Shown: positions 27,164-38,852, counted from the stretch's first letter. The stretch is DNA of 64,000 bases from an uncultured delta proteobacterium (GCA_963705165.1 CAVPJD010000009.1:69666-133665); one strand, 5' to 3'. The notes: a model not told the origin generated them from the sequence alone. Numbers and translations: made by a program.

Positions 27164-28189
27164 ATGAAACGCATGCGATCGAAATGGGCGGTCCTGACAG
27201 CGGGCCTGATCCTGCTGTCGGCCGTGTCGGCAGGTTCGGCCTTCGGTGCGGAGCCGGTCAAGGGCAAGGTCATGATCTACAGCTCCATCTATCTGCACAT
27301 CATCGAGCAGCTCAAGCCGGTGTTGAAAAAAACGTTCCCCGAGCTGGACGTGCAGTGGTTCTACGGGGGCTCGGAAAAGGTGATTGCGAAGCTCGTGGCG
27401 GAGTTCGATCAGGGCAGCACCATGGCGGACCTGATCATGATCGCCGACCCGGCCTACTACAACACCCTCAAGCGCGAAGGCCGTCTCCTGCAGTACAAAT
27501 CGCCCAACGCGAAATATGTCCTGCCACTGTGGCTCGATAAGGACGGCTACTTCTCCGGCGTGCGGATCAACGTCATCGGAATCGCCTACAACAAGAATCT
27601 CGTGGCGGCCAAGGATCTCCCCAAGACCTGGTGGGACCTGGCAGACCCCAAGTGGCAGGGAAAGGTGGGAATGCCGAACCCGCTTCTGTCCGGGACGGCC
27701 TTTGCGGGGACGGCGGGCCTCGTGCGCTCGCCGAAGCACGGATGGCCCTTCTTCGAGGCCCTCCGGAAAAACCGGATCGCCTGTGAGCCCGGAAACGGCG
27801 CCGTGGAAACGAAGCTGCTCTCCGGCCAGCTCGCCGTGGCGATGCTCCTCGAGGAGAACGTTCTGAAGGCGATCAGTGAGAAAAAACCCCTGGGGTTCGT
27901 TTACCCCTCCGACGGTCCCATCGTGAACCCATCCGGTATCGCCATCATGAAGAACACGAAGAACCCTGCAGCGGCCAAGGCCGTTTATGACTTCTTCCTC
28001 TCCAGGGAAGGCCAGCAGGCGATCCTTGCGGGCTGGATGCACTCCGTCAGGCCCGACATGCCCCCGCCGGCCAATGCAGCCATGAAGATCGGGGAGATCA
28101 ACAAGTTCGCCATGCCCATGGACTGGGATGCCATCAGCCGGGAGCCCGAAAAGGTCAAGGAACGATTCGACAAGACGGTTCTCCGGTAA
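27164..28189 (+). CDS. ABC transporter periplasmic substrate-binding protein (family 1, Fe3+/FbpA-like)
   Basis: ATG 27164 gives MKRMRSKWAVLTAGLILLSAVSAGSAFGAEP, a signal peptide, preceded by a GGAGGAGG RBS. The body is typical of FbpA/AfuA-type binding proteins. Confidence 0.8.
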   Translation: MKRMRSKWAVLTAGLILLSAVSAGSAFGAEPVKGKVMIYSSIYLHIIEQLKPVLKKTFPELDVQWFYGGSEKVIAKLVAEFDQGSTMADLIMIADPAYYNTLKREGRLLQYKSPNAKYVLPLWLDKDGYFSGVRINVIGIAYNKNLVAAKDLPKTWWDLADPKWQGKVGMPNPLLSGTAFAGTAGLVRSPKHGWPFFEALRKNRIACEPGNGAVETKLLSGQLAVAMLLEENVLKAISEKKPLGFVYPSDGPIVNPSGIAIMKNTKNPAAAKAVYDFFLSREGQQAILAGWMHSVRPDMPPPANAAMKIGEINKFAMPMDWDAISREPEKVKERFDKTVLR

Positions 28190-28264
28190 ATTGACAGCTT
28201 GTTCCCCCGCCGGCCGGGCCATGCTTCGGCCGGCGGGGATTTCTCTTGCGGAGCGGTGCCCTTC

Positions 28265-29950
28265 ATGGCCTCGATCGGGAGGATCTTCAGCGCGCGCAAT
28301 CTCGTCATCGGCTTCGCCCTGCTGTTTCTTGTCGTCTTCGTCCTTTTTCCCCTGGTCCTTCTTGTCTTGAGGAGCTTTCTGGGACCGGAAGGGGAGATCA
28401 GCCTCCAGAACTACATCGCCGTCTACGGCAAGGAACATAACTGGGATGCCGTGGTGACGACCCTCTGGGTCTGCGGCCTCACCATGTTCTTCTCCATGAT
28501 CTTCGCCACGGGGCTTGCATGGCTCGTGGTGCGCAGCAATCTTCCCTGGCGGCGTCAGTTCCGCTCTCTCTTCTTCATCCCCTACGTGATCCCGCCCTAC
28601 GTGGGGGCCATCGCCTGGATCCTGCTGCTCACACCGGGTGTGGGGTATATCAACAAGATATTGATTGAGTCCTTCGGCGCCGACATGCCCGGCCCCTTCG
28701 ACATCTACACCGTCCCCGGCCTGGTGTGGGTCATGACCCTGTTCTACTATCCCCTGGCCTTTCTGAATGTGGCAAGCGCCCTCGAGCAGATGGACAACTC
28801 CCTCGAGGAGGCCGCCCGCATCAGCGGCGCCCATCCCTTGCGGGTATTCTGGGACATCACGCTGCCCCTGGTCTCCCCCAGCTTTTTCGCGGGGGGGCTT
28901 CTGGTATTTGCCGCCTCCGCCTCCGCCTTCGGGGTCCCCGCCATGATCGGCATGCCCAGCCGCATCTATGTGCTCTCCACCCAGGTCATCCAGTACGTCT
29001 ACATGGGGACGACGTCGGGGATGCGTGAGGCAACGGCCCTGTCGGTCGTTCTCATGGTCATCGCCGTTATCACCATGACCCTCGGGAACCGCCTCCTGAG
29101 CCGCAAACGCTACACCCTTGTGGGGGGAAAGAGTGCCCGCGTGCTGCCAGTCTCGCTGGGCCGCTTCAAGATTCCGGCCCTCCTCTTTTCGGGTCTGCTG
29201 GGTTTTGTCCTGGTGATCCTGCCCATCGGGGCCATTGTGGTGACCTCCTTCATCCGGGTTTTCGGGGAGCCGATCACCCTGGAGAACCTGAGCCTGGAGC
29301 ACTATGCGTACATTCTGACGTTCAAGACGGCCATGGAGGCCTTTCAGAACAGCTTCTTCCTGGGCATCGTGGCGGCAACCCTGGCTCTCTTCGTGGCAAG
29401 CCTCATCGCCTACTACCGGGTCAAGGTGAAGAGCCCCCTGGCCCGGGCGGCAGACCTCATCGCCACAATCCCCTACGCCACGCCGGGGACGGTCATCGCG
29501 CTGGCGCTGATCATCGCCTTTTCGGGGAAATACGGGCTCAACCTGTACAACACCTTCGCAATTCTGATCGTGGCCTACATCGTCAAGTATCTGGCCTTCT
29601 CCGTTCGTACGGTCTGCGCCTCCCTGGAGCAGATCGATCTTTCGCTGGAGGAGGCCGCACAGATCTCCGGGGCAAGCTGGATCCAGAGCTTCCGCGATAT
29701 CATCCTGCCGCTCGTGCGGCCGGGACTGATTGCCGCTTGGTTTCTTGTGTTCATGACAACCTTCTATGAGTTGACGATGACGATCCTTCTCTATGGACCC
29801 GAGACGCTCAATCTGGGCGTCATCCTGTTCGAGATGCAGACCTACTCCAACCAGCAGGCGGCCTCCGTGCTGTCCGTGCTGATCCTCGTGGTGGTCCTGG
29901 TGGGAAATGTGCTGGTTTCGAAAATCACGAAAGGAAAGATCACCATCTGA
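28265..29950 (+). CDS. ABC transporter permease with duplicated MetI-like domains (FbpB-like)
   Basis: ATG 28265 lies within track ORF 28199..29950. It has about 12 TM segments and two EAA-like loops: LEEAARISGAHPLRVFWDITLPL and LEEAAQISGASWIQSFRDIILPL. Confidence 0.85.
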   Translation: MASIGRIFSARNLVIGFALLFLVVFVLFPLVLLVLRSFLGPEGEISLQNYIAVYGKEHNWDAVVTTLWVCGLTMFFSMIFATGLAWLVVRSNLPWRRQFRSLFFIPYVIPPYVGAIAWILLLTPGVGYINKILIESFGADMPGPFDIYTVPGLVWVMTLFYYPLAFLNVASALEQMDNSLEEAARISGAHPLRVFWDITLPLVSPSFFAGGLLVFAASASAFGVPAMIGMPSRIYVLSTQVIQYVYMGTTSGMREATALSVVLMVIAVITMTLGNRLLSRKRYTLVGGKSARVLPVSLGRFKIPALLFSGLLGFVLVILPIGAIVVTSFIRVFGEPITLENLSLEHYAYILTFKTAMEAFQNSFFLGIVAATLALFVASLIAYYRVKVKSPLARAADLIATIPYATPGTVIALALIIAFSGKYGLNLYNTFAILIVAYIVKYLAFSVRTVCASLEQIDLSLEEAAQISGASWIQSFRDIILPLVRPGLIAAWFLVFMTTFYELTMTILLYGPETLNLGVILFEMQTYSNQQAASVLSVLILVVVLVGNVLVSKITKGKITI

Positions 29951-29980
29951 TGAACCGCAATGCAGACGCAGAGGAATATC

Positions 29981-30063
29981 AACGCGGGATGTCATTCCTG
30001 GCTTGACCAGGAATCCAGACAAGGACTGGATCCCCGCCTCCGCGGGGATGACGACGCGGGATC
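29981..30063. repeat. REP/MITE-like intergenic element: two tandem perfect hairpins flanked by a 9-nt direct repeat
   Basis: Hairpin 1 is ATTCCTGG-CTTGA-CCAGGAAT (29994-30014). Hairpin 2 is ATCCCCGC-CTCC-GCGGGGAT (30030-30049). The direct repeat ACGCGGGAT occurs at 29982-29990 and 30054-30062. Confidence 0.6.
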
Positions 30064-30088
30064 AGGAAACGGAAGGAAAAAACAATTC

Positions 30089-31168
30089 ATGGCTGATGTG
30101 AGACTGGAAGACGTATCGAAGAAGTTCGGCAACGTGGAGGCCGTGGCGGCATTCAGCGAGACCATCCGGGAAGGGGAGTTCGTGTCCCTGCTGGGGCCTT
30201 CGGGCTGCGGCAAGACCACGACGCTGAGGATCATCGCCGGGTTCGAGAGAGCCACGACGGGGCGTGTGTTCATCGGGACCGAACTGGTGAGCTGCTCGGA
30301 GACCAGGACCTACAAGCCTCCGGAAGACCGCAACATCGGGATGGTATTCCAGTCCTACGCTGTCTGGCCCCACATGAATGTCTTTGCCAACGTCGCATAC
30401 CCCCTGAAAGTCCGCGGCACATCGAAAAAGACAATCCAGGAGAATGTCGGTCGCGTTCTCGACCTGGTGCACCTGGAAGGCCTGGAGAAGCGTCTTCCCA
30501 GCCAGCTCTCCGGGGGCCAGCAGCAGCGCGTGGCCCTGGCCCGGGCGTTGGTGGCCGAACCCTCCCTTCTGCTTCTGGACGAGCCGCTCTCCAACCTGGA
30601 CGCCAAGCTGCGCGAGAGCATGCGCTTCGAGATCAAGGACGTACAGCGCCGCCTCGGGATCACCGTCATCTACGTGACCCACGACCAGGCCGAGGCCATG
30701 GTCATGTCCGACCGGATCATCGTCATGGACAAGGGCTATGTCCAGCAGACGGGCAGGCCGAAAGATATCTATGAATTGCCCGCCAACCGTTTTGTGGCCG
30801 ACTTCATCGGACTCATTAATTTCATGGACGGCACGCTGGTTTCCGTGGAAGGCGCCGAGGGGGTTGTAGCCCTGACCGATGTCCCGGGGCCCGTGCATCT
30901 GAAGGGCCGCCTCCACTCTGAAATGAAGACGGGGGAGCGGGTCGTCCTGGCGGCCCGCCCGGAATCGATCACCGTGTCGGGTCATCAGTCCCCCGGCGCG
31001 ATTCCCGGGCGCCTGGTCCGGAAGATCTATCTGGGAAACGAAATGGACTACCGGGTGGCCCTCGGCCCCCAGGAGGTTCGGGCCACGGGACCTGCCGCCG
31101 CCGATGACCTGGCGGATGGAAGCGACGTGTGGATGTCCTTCACCAAGGTCCTTGCGATGCCGTTTTAG
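30089..31168 (+). CDS. ABC transporter ATP-binding protein (FbpC/PotA-like)
   Basis: ATG 30089 gives [14 protein letters not shown]. Walker A is GPSGCGKTT, the signature is [15 protein letters not shown], and Walker B is LLLLDEP. A C-terminal TOBE-like region follows. Confidence 0.9.
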   Translation: MADVRLEDVSKKFGNVEAVAAFSETIREGEFVSLLGPSGCGKTTTLRIIAGFERATTGRVFIGTELVSCSETRTYKPPEDRNIGMVFQSYAVWPHMNVFANVAYPLKVRGTSKKTIQENVGRVLDLVHLEGLEKRLPSQLSGGQQQRVALARALVAEPSLLLLDEPLSNLDAKLRESMRFEIKDVQRRLGITVIYVTHDQAEAMVMSDRIIVMDKGYVQQTGRPKDIYELPANRFVADFIGLINFMDGTLVSVEGAEGVVALTDVPGPVHLKGRLHSEMKTGERVVLAARPESITVSGHQSPGAIPGRLVRKIYLGNEMDYRVALGPQEVRATGPAAADDLADGSDVWMSFTKVLAMPF

Positions 31169-31335
31169 AACGCCCGGCAATCTCTGATCATCCAACCTCT
31201 TCGCCCGGGCCAAACAAAAAAAGGGATTTGGCAACCATGCAAAATCCCACCCCTCCCCTGCAGACACAATCTTTTACGGCTAAATAAATCGTTGACAAAC
31301 TTTCGGGAGAAGCGTAGACAATAAGCGTTATTTTT

Positions 31336-31350
31336 AAATAATCATTATCG
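31336..31350. promoter_or_regulatory. Fur/PerR-box-like sequence TAAATAATCATTATC upstream of the Fur-family gene
   Basis: It resembles the half-site of the classical Fur box GATAATGATAATCATTATC. It lies 10 nt before the ORF start and downstream of TTGACA at 31292-31297. Confidence 0.4.
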
Positions 31351-31360
31351 TCAAAGCCAG

Positions 31361-31825
31361 GTGATGGGGATGCAACAAAGGGATTTAATAGAACCCCAAA
31401 AGCGCGTCGAGGAGATGCTTTCCAAACTGAAAAGCCGCGATTTCCGCATTACGCCCCAGCGCCTGGCCATACTCAGAATTCTGGCCGAAAGCGATGGGCA
31501 TCCAAGCGTCGACACCATATATCAGGAAGTTAAGGCCGAATTCCCCACGACAAGCCTGGCCACGGTATACAAAACGGTTTCTCTTCTCAAGGAGCTGAAC
31601 GAGGTCCTGGAACTTGGCTTTCCCGATGGGAGCAATCGCTACGATGGAAACAATCCGGTGCCTCACCCTCACGCAATCTGCATGAAGTGCAAGAAAATCA
31701 TGGATCCCGAATTGATGAACATTGACGCACTCAGCGAAGAGATGAGCCGCAAGACGGGATATAAAATCTTCTATCACCGCCTGGATTTCTTCGGTCTTTG
31801 CCCGGAATGTCAGCAGAAAAACTAA
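31361..31825 (+). CDS. Fur family transcriptional regulator (PerR-like by context)
   Basis: Blocks: RITPQRLAILRILAESDGHPSVDTIYQEV...ATVYKTVSLL, HPHAICMKCKKI and GLCPECQ (two CxxC pairs). It lies immediately upstream of katG. Confidence 0.8.
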   Translation: MMGMQQRDLIEPQKRVEEMLSKLKSRDFRITPQRLAILRILAESDGHPSVDTIYQEVKAEFPTTSLATVYKTVSLLKELNEVLELGFPDGSNRYDGNNPVPHPHAICMKCKKIMDPELMNIDALSEEMSRKTGYKIFYHRLDFFGLCPECQQKN

Positions 31826-31875
31826 TCTCCTCGTGCTCTGTGGCACTATTTTATGGCTCTTTTTTTACTTGGTAA

Positions 31876-31909
31876 TAGATAATGATTCTTTATAGACATT
31901 AAGAATCAT
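31876..31909. promoter_or_regulatory. Candidate PerR/Fur operator upstream of katG: TAGATAATGATTC plus a 9-bp perfect inverted repeat
   Basis: ATGATTCTT (31882-31890) and AAGAATCAT (31901-31909) are exact reverse complements separated by 10 nt. They lie 69 nt upstream of the katG ATG. Confidence 0.45.
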
Positions 31910-31911
31910 GA

Positions 31912-34173
<2,262 letters not shown>

Positions 34174-34414
34174 TCGTCGCATAACCGTCTTCGAGGGCGA
34201 CAGGGCGGCGAAAAAGAAGTGGACCAAGGCCGATCAAGGCCTATGAAGACGTGAGATTCAAAAGGACTGTAAACGGCGGGAGTGCCTGGAGGTGACGTGA
34301 GGCAGCGACGGGAGTGACGAAGTCGTTCGGCTTTCCCTTGAGGTAAAGCCGCCCCTTAGGGTGTGCAAAACAACATCGTGTTGCAGATTTAATTTTCAGG
34401 GAGGTAGGAGTTTT

Positions 34415-35595
34415 ATGACGGAATATGATCTCTTTAAAGTTTTCCCAAGAATGCCGAAGAAGGTCATGATCGGCGACATCACGATTCGCGACGGCTTCCA
34501 GCACGAGGAGAGGTTCATCTCCACGAATGCCAAGATTTTCTACGGAAGGGGAGCATCCTGGCGGGCTGCAAGGAACTCGAGGCCACCAACCTGGGCAGTG
34601 CGGTGACGACGCCCCAGTTCAGCGATGCCGACGAAGTGATGAAGGCCATGCGCAGCGACGAGTTCAAAAAACGCTGCGAGCGCGCCAAGATCAAGTATAA
34701 CGAGCTGGTTTTCACAAACGTGACGATCCGCGAGACTGCCGTGGACCGCGCCATCGAGATGAAGAAGAAGGGCTACGGCCCGGACCGCATCCTGATGATG
34801 GTCTCGACGGACCCCGAGCACCACTTCGCCAACTCCGGCACGACGCTCTCCCAGTACTGGAGAGAGGCCGAGCGCTGCATCAAGAAGGCAACCGATGCCG
34901 GCATCAAGATGTGCGGCACGGTCTCCACGATCTGGGGCAGCCCCATCAGCGGCGCAACGAAGCTGGAAGACGCCGTTGAGTTCACGAAGCGATGGTTCTC
35001 CATCGGCGCCTACGACATCGAGCACGCCGACCACGACGGCTCCGCCAACGGCGCCGACGTGTACCGCTACTTCTCGATGTCCTCGATGCCATGCCCAACG
35101 CGAGGCCACCTTGCCGCCGGCACGAGACCAAGCGCATCGCCTCGCAGTCGATCCTGGCAGCGCTGAGGCGGGGCTTGCCCGTTTGAGGGGACGCTGGGCG
35201 GTCTGGGCGGGCAGCAGGCCAACTTCCTCGACGACTGCCCCATCCGCGGCACCGGTGAGTATTACTACAAGGATCACCGGTTCGTAGGGCTGATCTGCCT
35301 GGAGGACCTTATCGTGCAGATCGACGAGCTGGGCATCGAGCATGGCTACGACGTGGACCGTATGCTGTGGCTGGGCTAGAAGCTGGAGAAGACCTGCGGG
35401 CGCAGGCTGCGCAGCGAGGCCGTCAACAACGGCAGCACGGCGAAGGGAGGGAATCCTCAGTTTGGCCGCCCGGGCCTGAAGAAGCTCGTCGAGAAGGAAG
35501 GCGAAAAGCCCGGCGCGAGAGTTCCGGCCGAGTGGCCTGCCGAAGTGAAGCTGGGCGACAAGTGGGGACCGACGGCAGACGTGTGGAAGAAGTAG
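34415..35595 (+). pseudogene. HMG-CoA-lyase-like / pyruvate carboxyltransferase (DRE-TIM) family gene with at least 5 frameshifts and an in-frame TAG
   Basis: ATG 34415 with a GGAGGTAGGAG RBS gives MTEYDLFKVFPRMPKKVMIGDITIRDGFQHEE. Homologous reading hops frames near 34548-34551 (a G4 run), ~35080, ~35162 and ~35183. An in-frame TAG lies at 35377-35379 (..MLWLG*KLEKT..). The final stop is at 35593-35595. Confidence 0.7.
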
Positions 35596-35641
35596 AAGCA
35601 TCGGTAACGGACAAGCATCCAAAATGGATGAAATGTATTTG

Positions 35642-35676
35642 CAGGGCAGGGCTGGCAAACGGCCCTGCCCTGTTTC
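35642..35676 (+). terminator. Rho-independent-type hairpin after the HMGL-like pseudogene
   Basis: CAGGGCAGGGC-TGGCAAACG-GCCCTGCCCTG forms a perfect 11-bp stem, followed by TTTC (a short T tract). Confidence 0.55.
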
Positions 35677-35815
35677 AGGATAGCCCTGTAACTGCCTTGA
35701 TCTCCACGTCCGAAAAATCATCCAAGCCCATTCTGCGGCACCGACGGAGGGAAAACATGGTAGTGAAACGGTCGGCCATGACAATGGGATCAGGATCGAT
35801 CTCAGAGAGGTTCCG

Positions 35816-36945
35816 ATGACCGTGGAAGGAAATCTGTCATTGCTGCGCAAGTACTGGCAGTCGGAAATCGTTGCCGATCGCCTGTACGGCTTTCTTGCCG
35901 CTCGATGCAGCGATGCGGAGCACAGAGAAATTATTTTAAAAATCGGGCGTATGGAGCAGGGGCACGCAACGGTCTGGAGCCGTATCGCCGACAAGTCCCA
36001 TGGCGCCAGGTTCGAAGTTACCCTTTCCCTGAGGTTGAAAATCCTCTTGGGAAAACTGCTTTCAGTCGTCCTTCCGTTCACCATCTTCATCCATTACATG
36101 GAGCACGAGGAGCGAAACGCGATCCTCGAGTACTCCAAGCTGCTCGATGCATACAAGCACGACGAAGACACCCGCAAGATCATCACCAATATCATCCGGC
36201 AGGAAATCGCCCACGAGTGGCAGATGATGGAGCAGATTGCCGACAAAGAAGCCTATATAGAAAAGACCCGGGAAGCGATGGATGCCATGACCATCGGGAG
36301 TATCGAGACGCTGGGAGTGGTCATCGGCCTGCTCGCTGCGCACGCATCGACGCTGACGATCGGGTTGACAGGGCTTCATCGCGTGCACTCGGGGGGCTCA
36401 TCGCGATCATGTCCACATCCTATGTCACATCGAAAGCAACCTCCGATCTGCACGAGGGCTGAACCCGGGAAATCCATATAAAAAGGGACATCAATCCCGC
36501 CGTCCTGAAACGGGAGCTGGAAAAGGCCCTCATCGGGAAAGGAATCGGCAGTGAAACGGTCAAAGACATCATGGGGATCATCGGGGATGACACGTCCATC
36601 CTGTCCAACCTGGTCAAATCGATGAAATCATTGGGCGAGGTCGGCGAGCCGAAAGAGGCCATTAAAACCTCCGGCTTGTTTTTCATCTTCGGAGCCGTAC
36701 CGATCCTGATCCCCTTCTTCGTCGGGGTCATGGGGAATCTCGCTCCCTTTATCCCCGCGGTGACCGCCTTTGTCGTGGCCGTTTTCACGATATCAACGGC
36801 AGGGTTCTTTGTCGCGGTTCTGTCCGGGAAAAAGATATTCATGAAGATCGCGCACAATATCTTCGTCATCATGGGGACGTGCGCCGTCACCTATGCGGTA
36901 GGCCTTGCCGCCCGGATTCTTTTGGGAATCGATGTGGTTCATTGA
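35816..36945 (+). pseudogene. Ferritin-like domain fused to a VIT1/CCC1 iron-transporter family gene, with one frameshift and an in-frame TGA
   Basis: ORF 35816..36481 holds a ferritin/rubrerythrin-like N-domain (EQGHATVW, EHEERNAILEY, QEIAHEW). The frame changes at the G6 run 36391-36396; one extra G gives ..HSGGLIAIMSTSYVTSKATSDLHEG. An in-frame TGA lies at 36460-36462. The same frame then continues through 36571..36945, which encodes the TM C-terminus. Confidence 0.7.
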
Positions 36946-36968
36946 CACGGTTTTCGAGAAGAGGATAA

Positions 36969-37010
36969 TAAAAAACGGGGCCTCGCAATGGAGGTCCCGT
37001 TATATATTTT
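36969..37010. terminator. Bidirectional terminator between the convergent VIT1-like and ATPase genes
   Basis: ACGGGGCCTC-GCAATG-GAGGTCCCGT forms a 10-bp stem with one G-U pair. An A-run precedes it and TATATATTTT follows. Confidence 0.6.
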
Positions 37011-37034
37011 CTGGCGACGCAGGCGGAACTTTCC

Positions 37035-38258
37035 TCATAGTTGACTGTACGGCCAGGCGGTGATGCCCGATCCAAGGGGAAGCTTGACCTCGCCCGGGTG
37101 AACCACGTAGCCGGGCAATGCCCTGCCGTCAAAGTCTTTCTGAAATGTTTTGATCGATGTAGCCATCGCAGGCCGCGGTGTGGAGGAAAGCTTCACTTCA
37201 ATCGGAACGAGCTTTGCGCCGGTTTCAATGACGAAATCCACTTCCGTTCCCGTGGATGTCCGCCAGAAATAAACCTGCGGATCGATACCCCGATGGGTGA
37301 GCGACTTGACGATTTCCGACAGAACCGCCGTTTCCATGATTGCACCCGCCAGAGGGCTGGCGGCGGCGTGCTCGGGGTCTCTCAGGCCCGTGAGATAACA
37401 AAGCATTCCCACGTCCGTGAAGTAGGCCTTCGGTGTCTTGACGAGCCGCTTGTTGAGATTGGCAAAATACGGGCGGATCACCATGACCTGATAGGTGGCC
37501 TCCAGCACGGAAAGCCAGGCCTTGGCTGTGTTGACGGCCACTCCAAGGTCCCTGGCCAAGTCGGTGAGATTCAACAGCTGGGCGCTGCGGGCGGCCAGCG
37601 CCCGAAGGAAGCTCTGGAACTGAGAGAGATCGCCGACCTGGCGGATGGTCCGCACATCCCGTTCAAGGTATGTCTGGACATAGCCGGCATGCCACAGATT
37701 GACGTCGCGGCAGGGATTTGCAATCAATTCCGAGAATCCGCCTTGCAGAAACCCTTTCCAGAGATTCCGGCGTGAGACCGCTGCCGTTGGTGCATCCCGG
37801 TATTCCGGCTCCCACGGCAGGGGGGCCTGAGGCCGGCCGGCCACCTCCCGGTGCGAAAGCGGCAGAAGCCGAAGTATGGCGGCACGGCCTGCCAGCGTCT
37901 CGGTGACCTTCTCCATGAGTAGAATATTCTGGGAGCCTATCAGCAGGTACTGCCCGGGGCTGTCCCGATGGTGGTCGATCATTTCCTTGATGTACGGGAG
38001 AATTTCCGGGACGTACTGCACCTCATCGAAGATAACGGGCGGCGGGTGCATCTCCAGGAAACCTCTTGGATCTTCCATCGCAGCCGCCCTGATATCGAGC
38101 GGTTCCATGGATACATAATGGAACTTCGCGTTGAAGAGATGCTTGAGAAGCGTCGTTTTACCGGACTGGCGCGGACCGGTGAGCACCACTGCCGGGAATT
38201 CCTCGGCAGCCCTTTTCAGGACCGGTTCCAGCGATCTCTTGATGTACTTAGCGGGCAT
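37035..38258 (-). CDS. AAA+ ATPase with a DUF4143-type C-terminal domain
   Basis: Walker A is LTGPRQSGKTTLLKHL and Walker B-like is VIFDEVQ. A GAAGG RBS lies before ATG 38258 (MPAKYIKRSL...). Alternative ATG at 38270 and TTG at 38279. Confidence 0.8.
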   Translation of the reverse strand: MPAKYIKRSLEPVLKRAAEEFPAVVLTGPRQSGKTTLLKHLFNAKFHYVSMEPLDIRAAAMEDPRGFLEMHPPPVIFDEVQYVPEILPYIKEMIDHHRDSPGQYLLIGSQNILLMEKVTETLAGRAAILRLLPLSHREVAGRPQAPLPWEPEYRDAPTAAVSRRNLWKGFLQGGFSELIANPCRDVNLWHAGYVQTYLERDVRTIRQVGDLSQFQSFLRALAARSAQLLNLTDLARDLGVAVNTAKAWLSVLEATYQVMVIRPYFANLNKRLVKTPKAYFTDVGMLCYLTGLRDPEHAAASPLAGAIMETAVLSEIVKSLTHRGIDPQVYFWRTSTGTEVDFVIETGAKLVPIEVKLSSTPRPAMATSIKTFQKDFDGRALPGYVVHPGEVKLPLGSGITAWPYSQL

Positions 38259-38268
38259 GAGAGCCTTC

Positions 38269-38311
38269 ATTTCTTGCAATCATGCATTTGAAATGCATGA
38301 TTGCAAGAAAT
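38269..38311. promoter_or_regulatory. Perfect 43-bp palindrome (21-nt arms, 1-nt centre) abutting the ATPase start region
   Basis: ATTTCTTGCAATCATGCATTT-G-AAATGCATGATTGCAAGAAAT. The arms are exact reverse complements, checked base by base. Confidence 0.6.
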
Positions 38312-38351
38312 ATTTTCTCTCCGGCACAGATGTCCTCGCCGGACCGAGGCA

Positions 38352-38386
38352 GAAAATAAAAACGGGGCCTCTGGAAGAAGGCCCCT
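38352..38386 (-). terminator. Minus-strand rho-independent terminator upstream of the palindrome
   Basis: The stem is GGGGCCT/AGGCCCC (38364-38370 and 38379-38385). On the minus strand it is followed by GTTTTTATTTTC. Confidence 0.55.
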
Positions 38387-38494
38387 GGACTTTTCCGGAC
38401 ATGAATAACTTCTTGTAATGACTCGGAAATACTCTGCACAATATGGCAGGTGACCGATTAGGTGGCGCCACATATCAAACTAGCTAATGAATTT

Positions 38495-38622
38495 AAATAG
38501 ACCGAACAGACGGAATAGACTGAATAGACCAGAGAGCCGCTCCGCGGCATTGCCTTGTGGCTTGCGGCTTGTGGCTCTTACCCTAGTATGTCAATATGAA
38601 AGTCTAACCCCGATCCTCACAC
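38495..38622 (+). repeat. Modular intergenic repeat, copy A
   Basis: Module 1 is an AGAC-octamer array, AAATAGACCGAACAGACGGAATAGACTGAATAGACCAGAGAG. A CCGCTCCGCGG hairpin follows. Module 2 is TTGCCTTGTGGCTTGCGGCTTGTGGC. Module 3 is TCAATATGAAAGTCTAACCCCGATCCTCACAC. Confidence 0.8.
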
Positions 38623-38852
38623 AGATAGCCCACGTCGGTTCTGCACGCGGGATCTTTGCCTGAAATGCCGTTCACCTACAAGGTCCCTGCAGTTGGCCGA
38701 GTGAAATCGAGCAACATCTTGACGATGGTTGTCTTGCCAGCACCGTTGGGACCCAGCAGGGCGAAATATTCGCCTTTCGCGACGGAGAAGGAAATCTGGT
38801 CAACAGCCGTAAGAGAACCGTATCGCTTAGTAACTGCTTGTAATTCAATCAT
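38604..38852 (-). pseudogene. N-terminal stub (~82 codons) of an ABC transporter ATP-binding protein, with an in-frame TAG, truncated at repeat copy A
   Basis: Hand translation from ATG 38852 gives MIELQAVTKRYGSLTAVDQISFSVAKGEYFALLGPNGAGKTTIVKMLLDFTRPTAGTL*VNGISGKDPACRTDVGYLCEDRG*. Walker A is present. The in-frame TAG is at 38676-38678. Recognisable ABC sequence stops at 38604, inside repeat module 3. Confidence 0.7.

Noticed and set aside
27068-30022. A 984-aa minus-strand ORF covering the ABC substrate-binding protein and permease genes.
   Set aside because: It is antisense to well-supported plus-strand ABC genes with RBSs and a signal peptide. Its composition is dominated by G/R/D/H/E/P runs with no motifs.
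35377-36462. In-frame TAG (35377-35379) and TGA (36460-36462) as possible pyrrolysine or selenocysteine recoding sites.
   Set aside because: The host genes (an HMGL-like lyase and a VIT1-like transporter) are not families known to use Pyl or Sec. Both genes also carry frameshifts. I see no SECIS-like hairpin immediately downstream of the TGA, and no pyl or sel genes in the window. Ordinary nonsense mutations are the simpler reading.
38248-38473. Three overlapping 63-68-aa minus-strand ORFs (38248..38439, 38267..38473, 38280..38471).
   Set aside because: All three frames are open only because they cross the 43-bp palindrome and the terminator hairpin. There is no RBS and no protein-like sequence.
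38495-38536. AGAC-octamer arrays as a possible CRISPR array.
   Set aside because: The units are only 8-9 nt and are directly abutting, with no spacers. There are only 4-6 units per array, and no cas genes are present.
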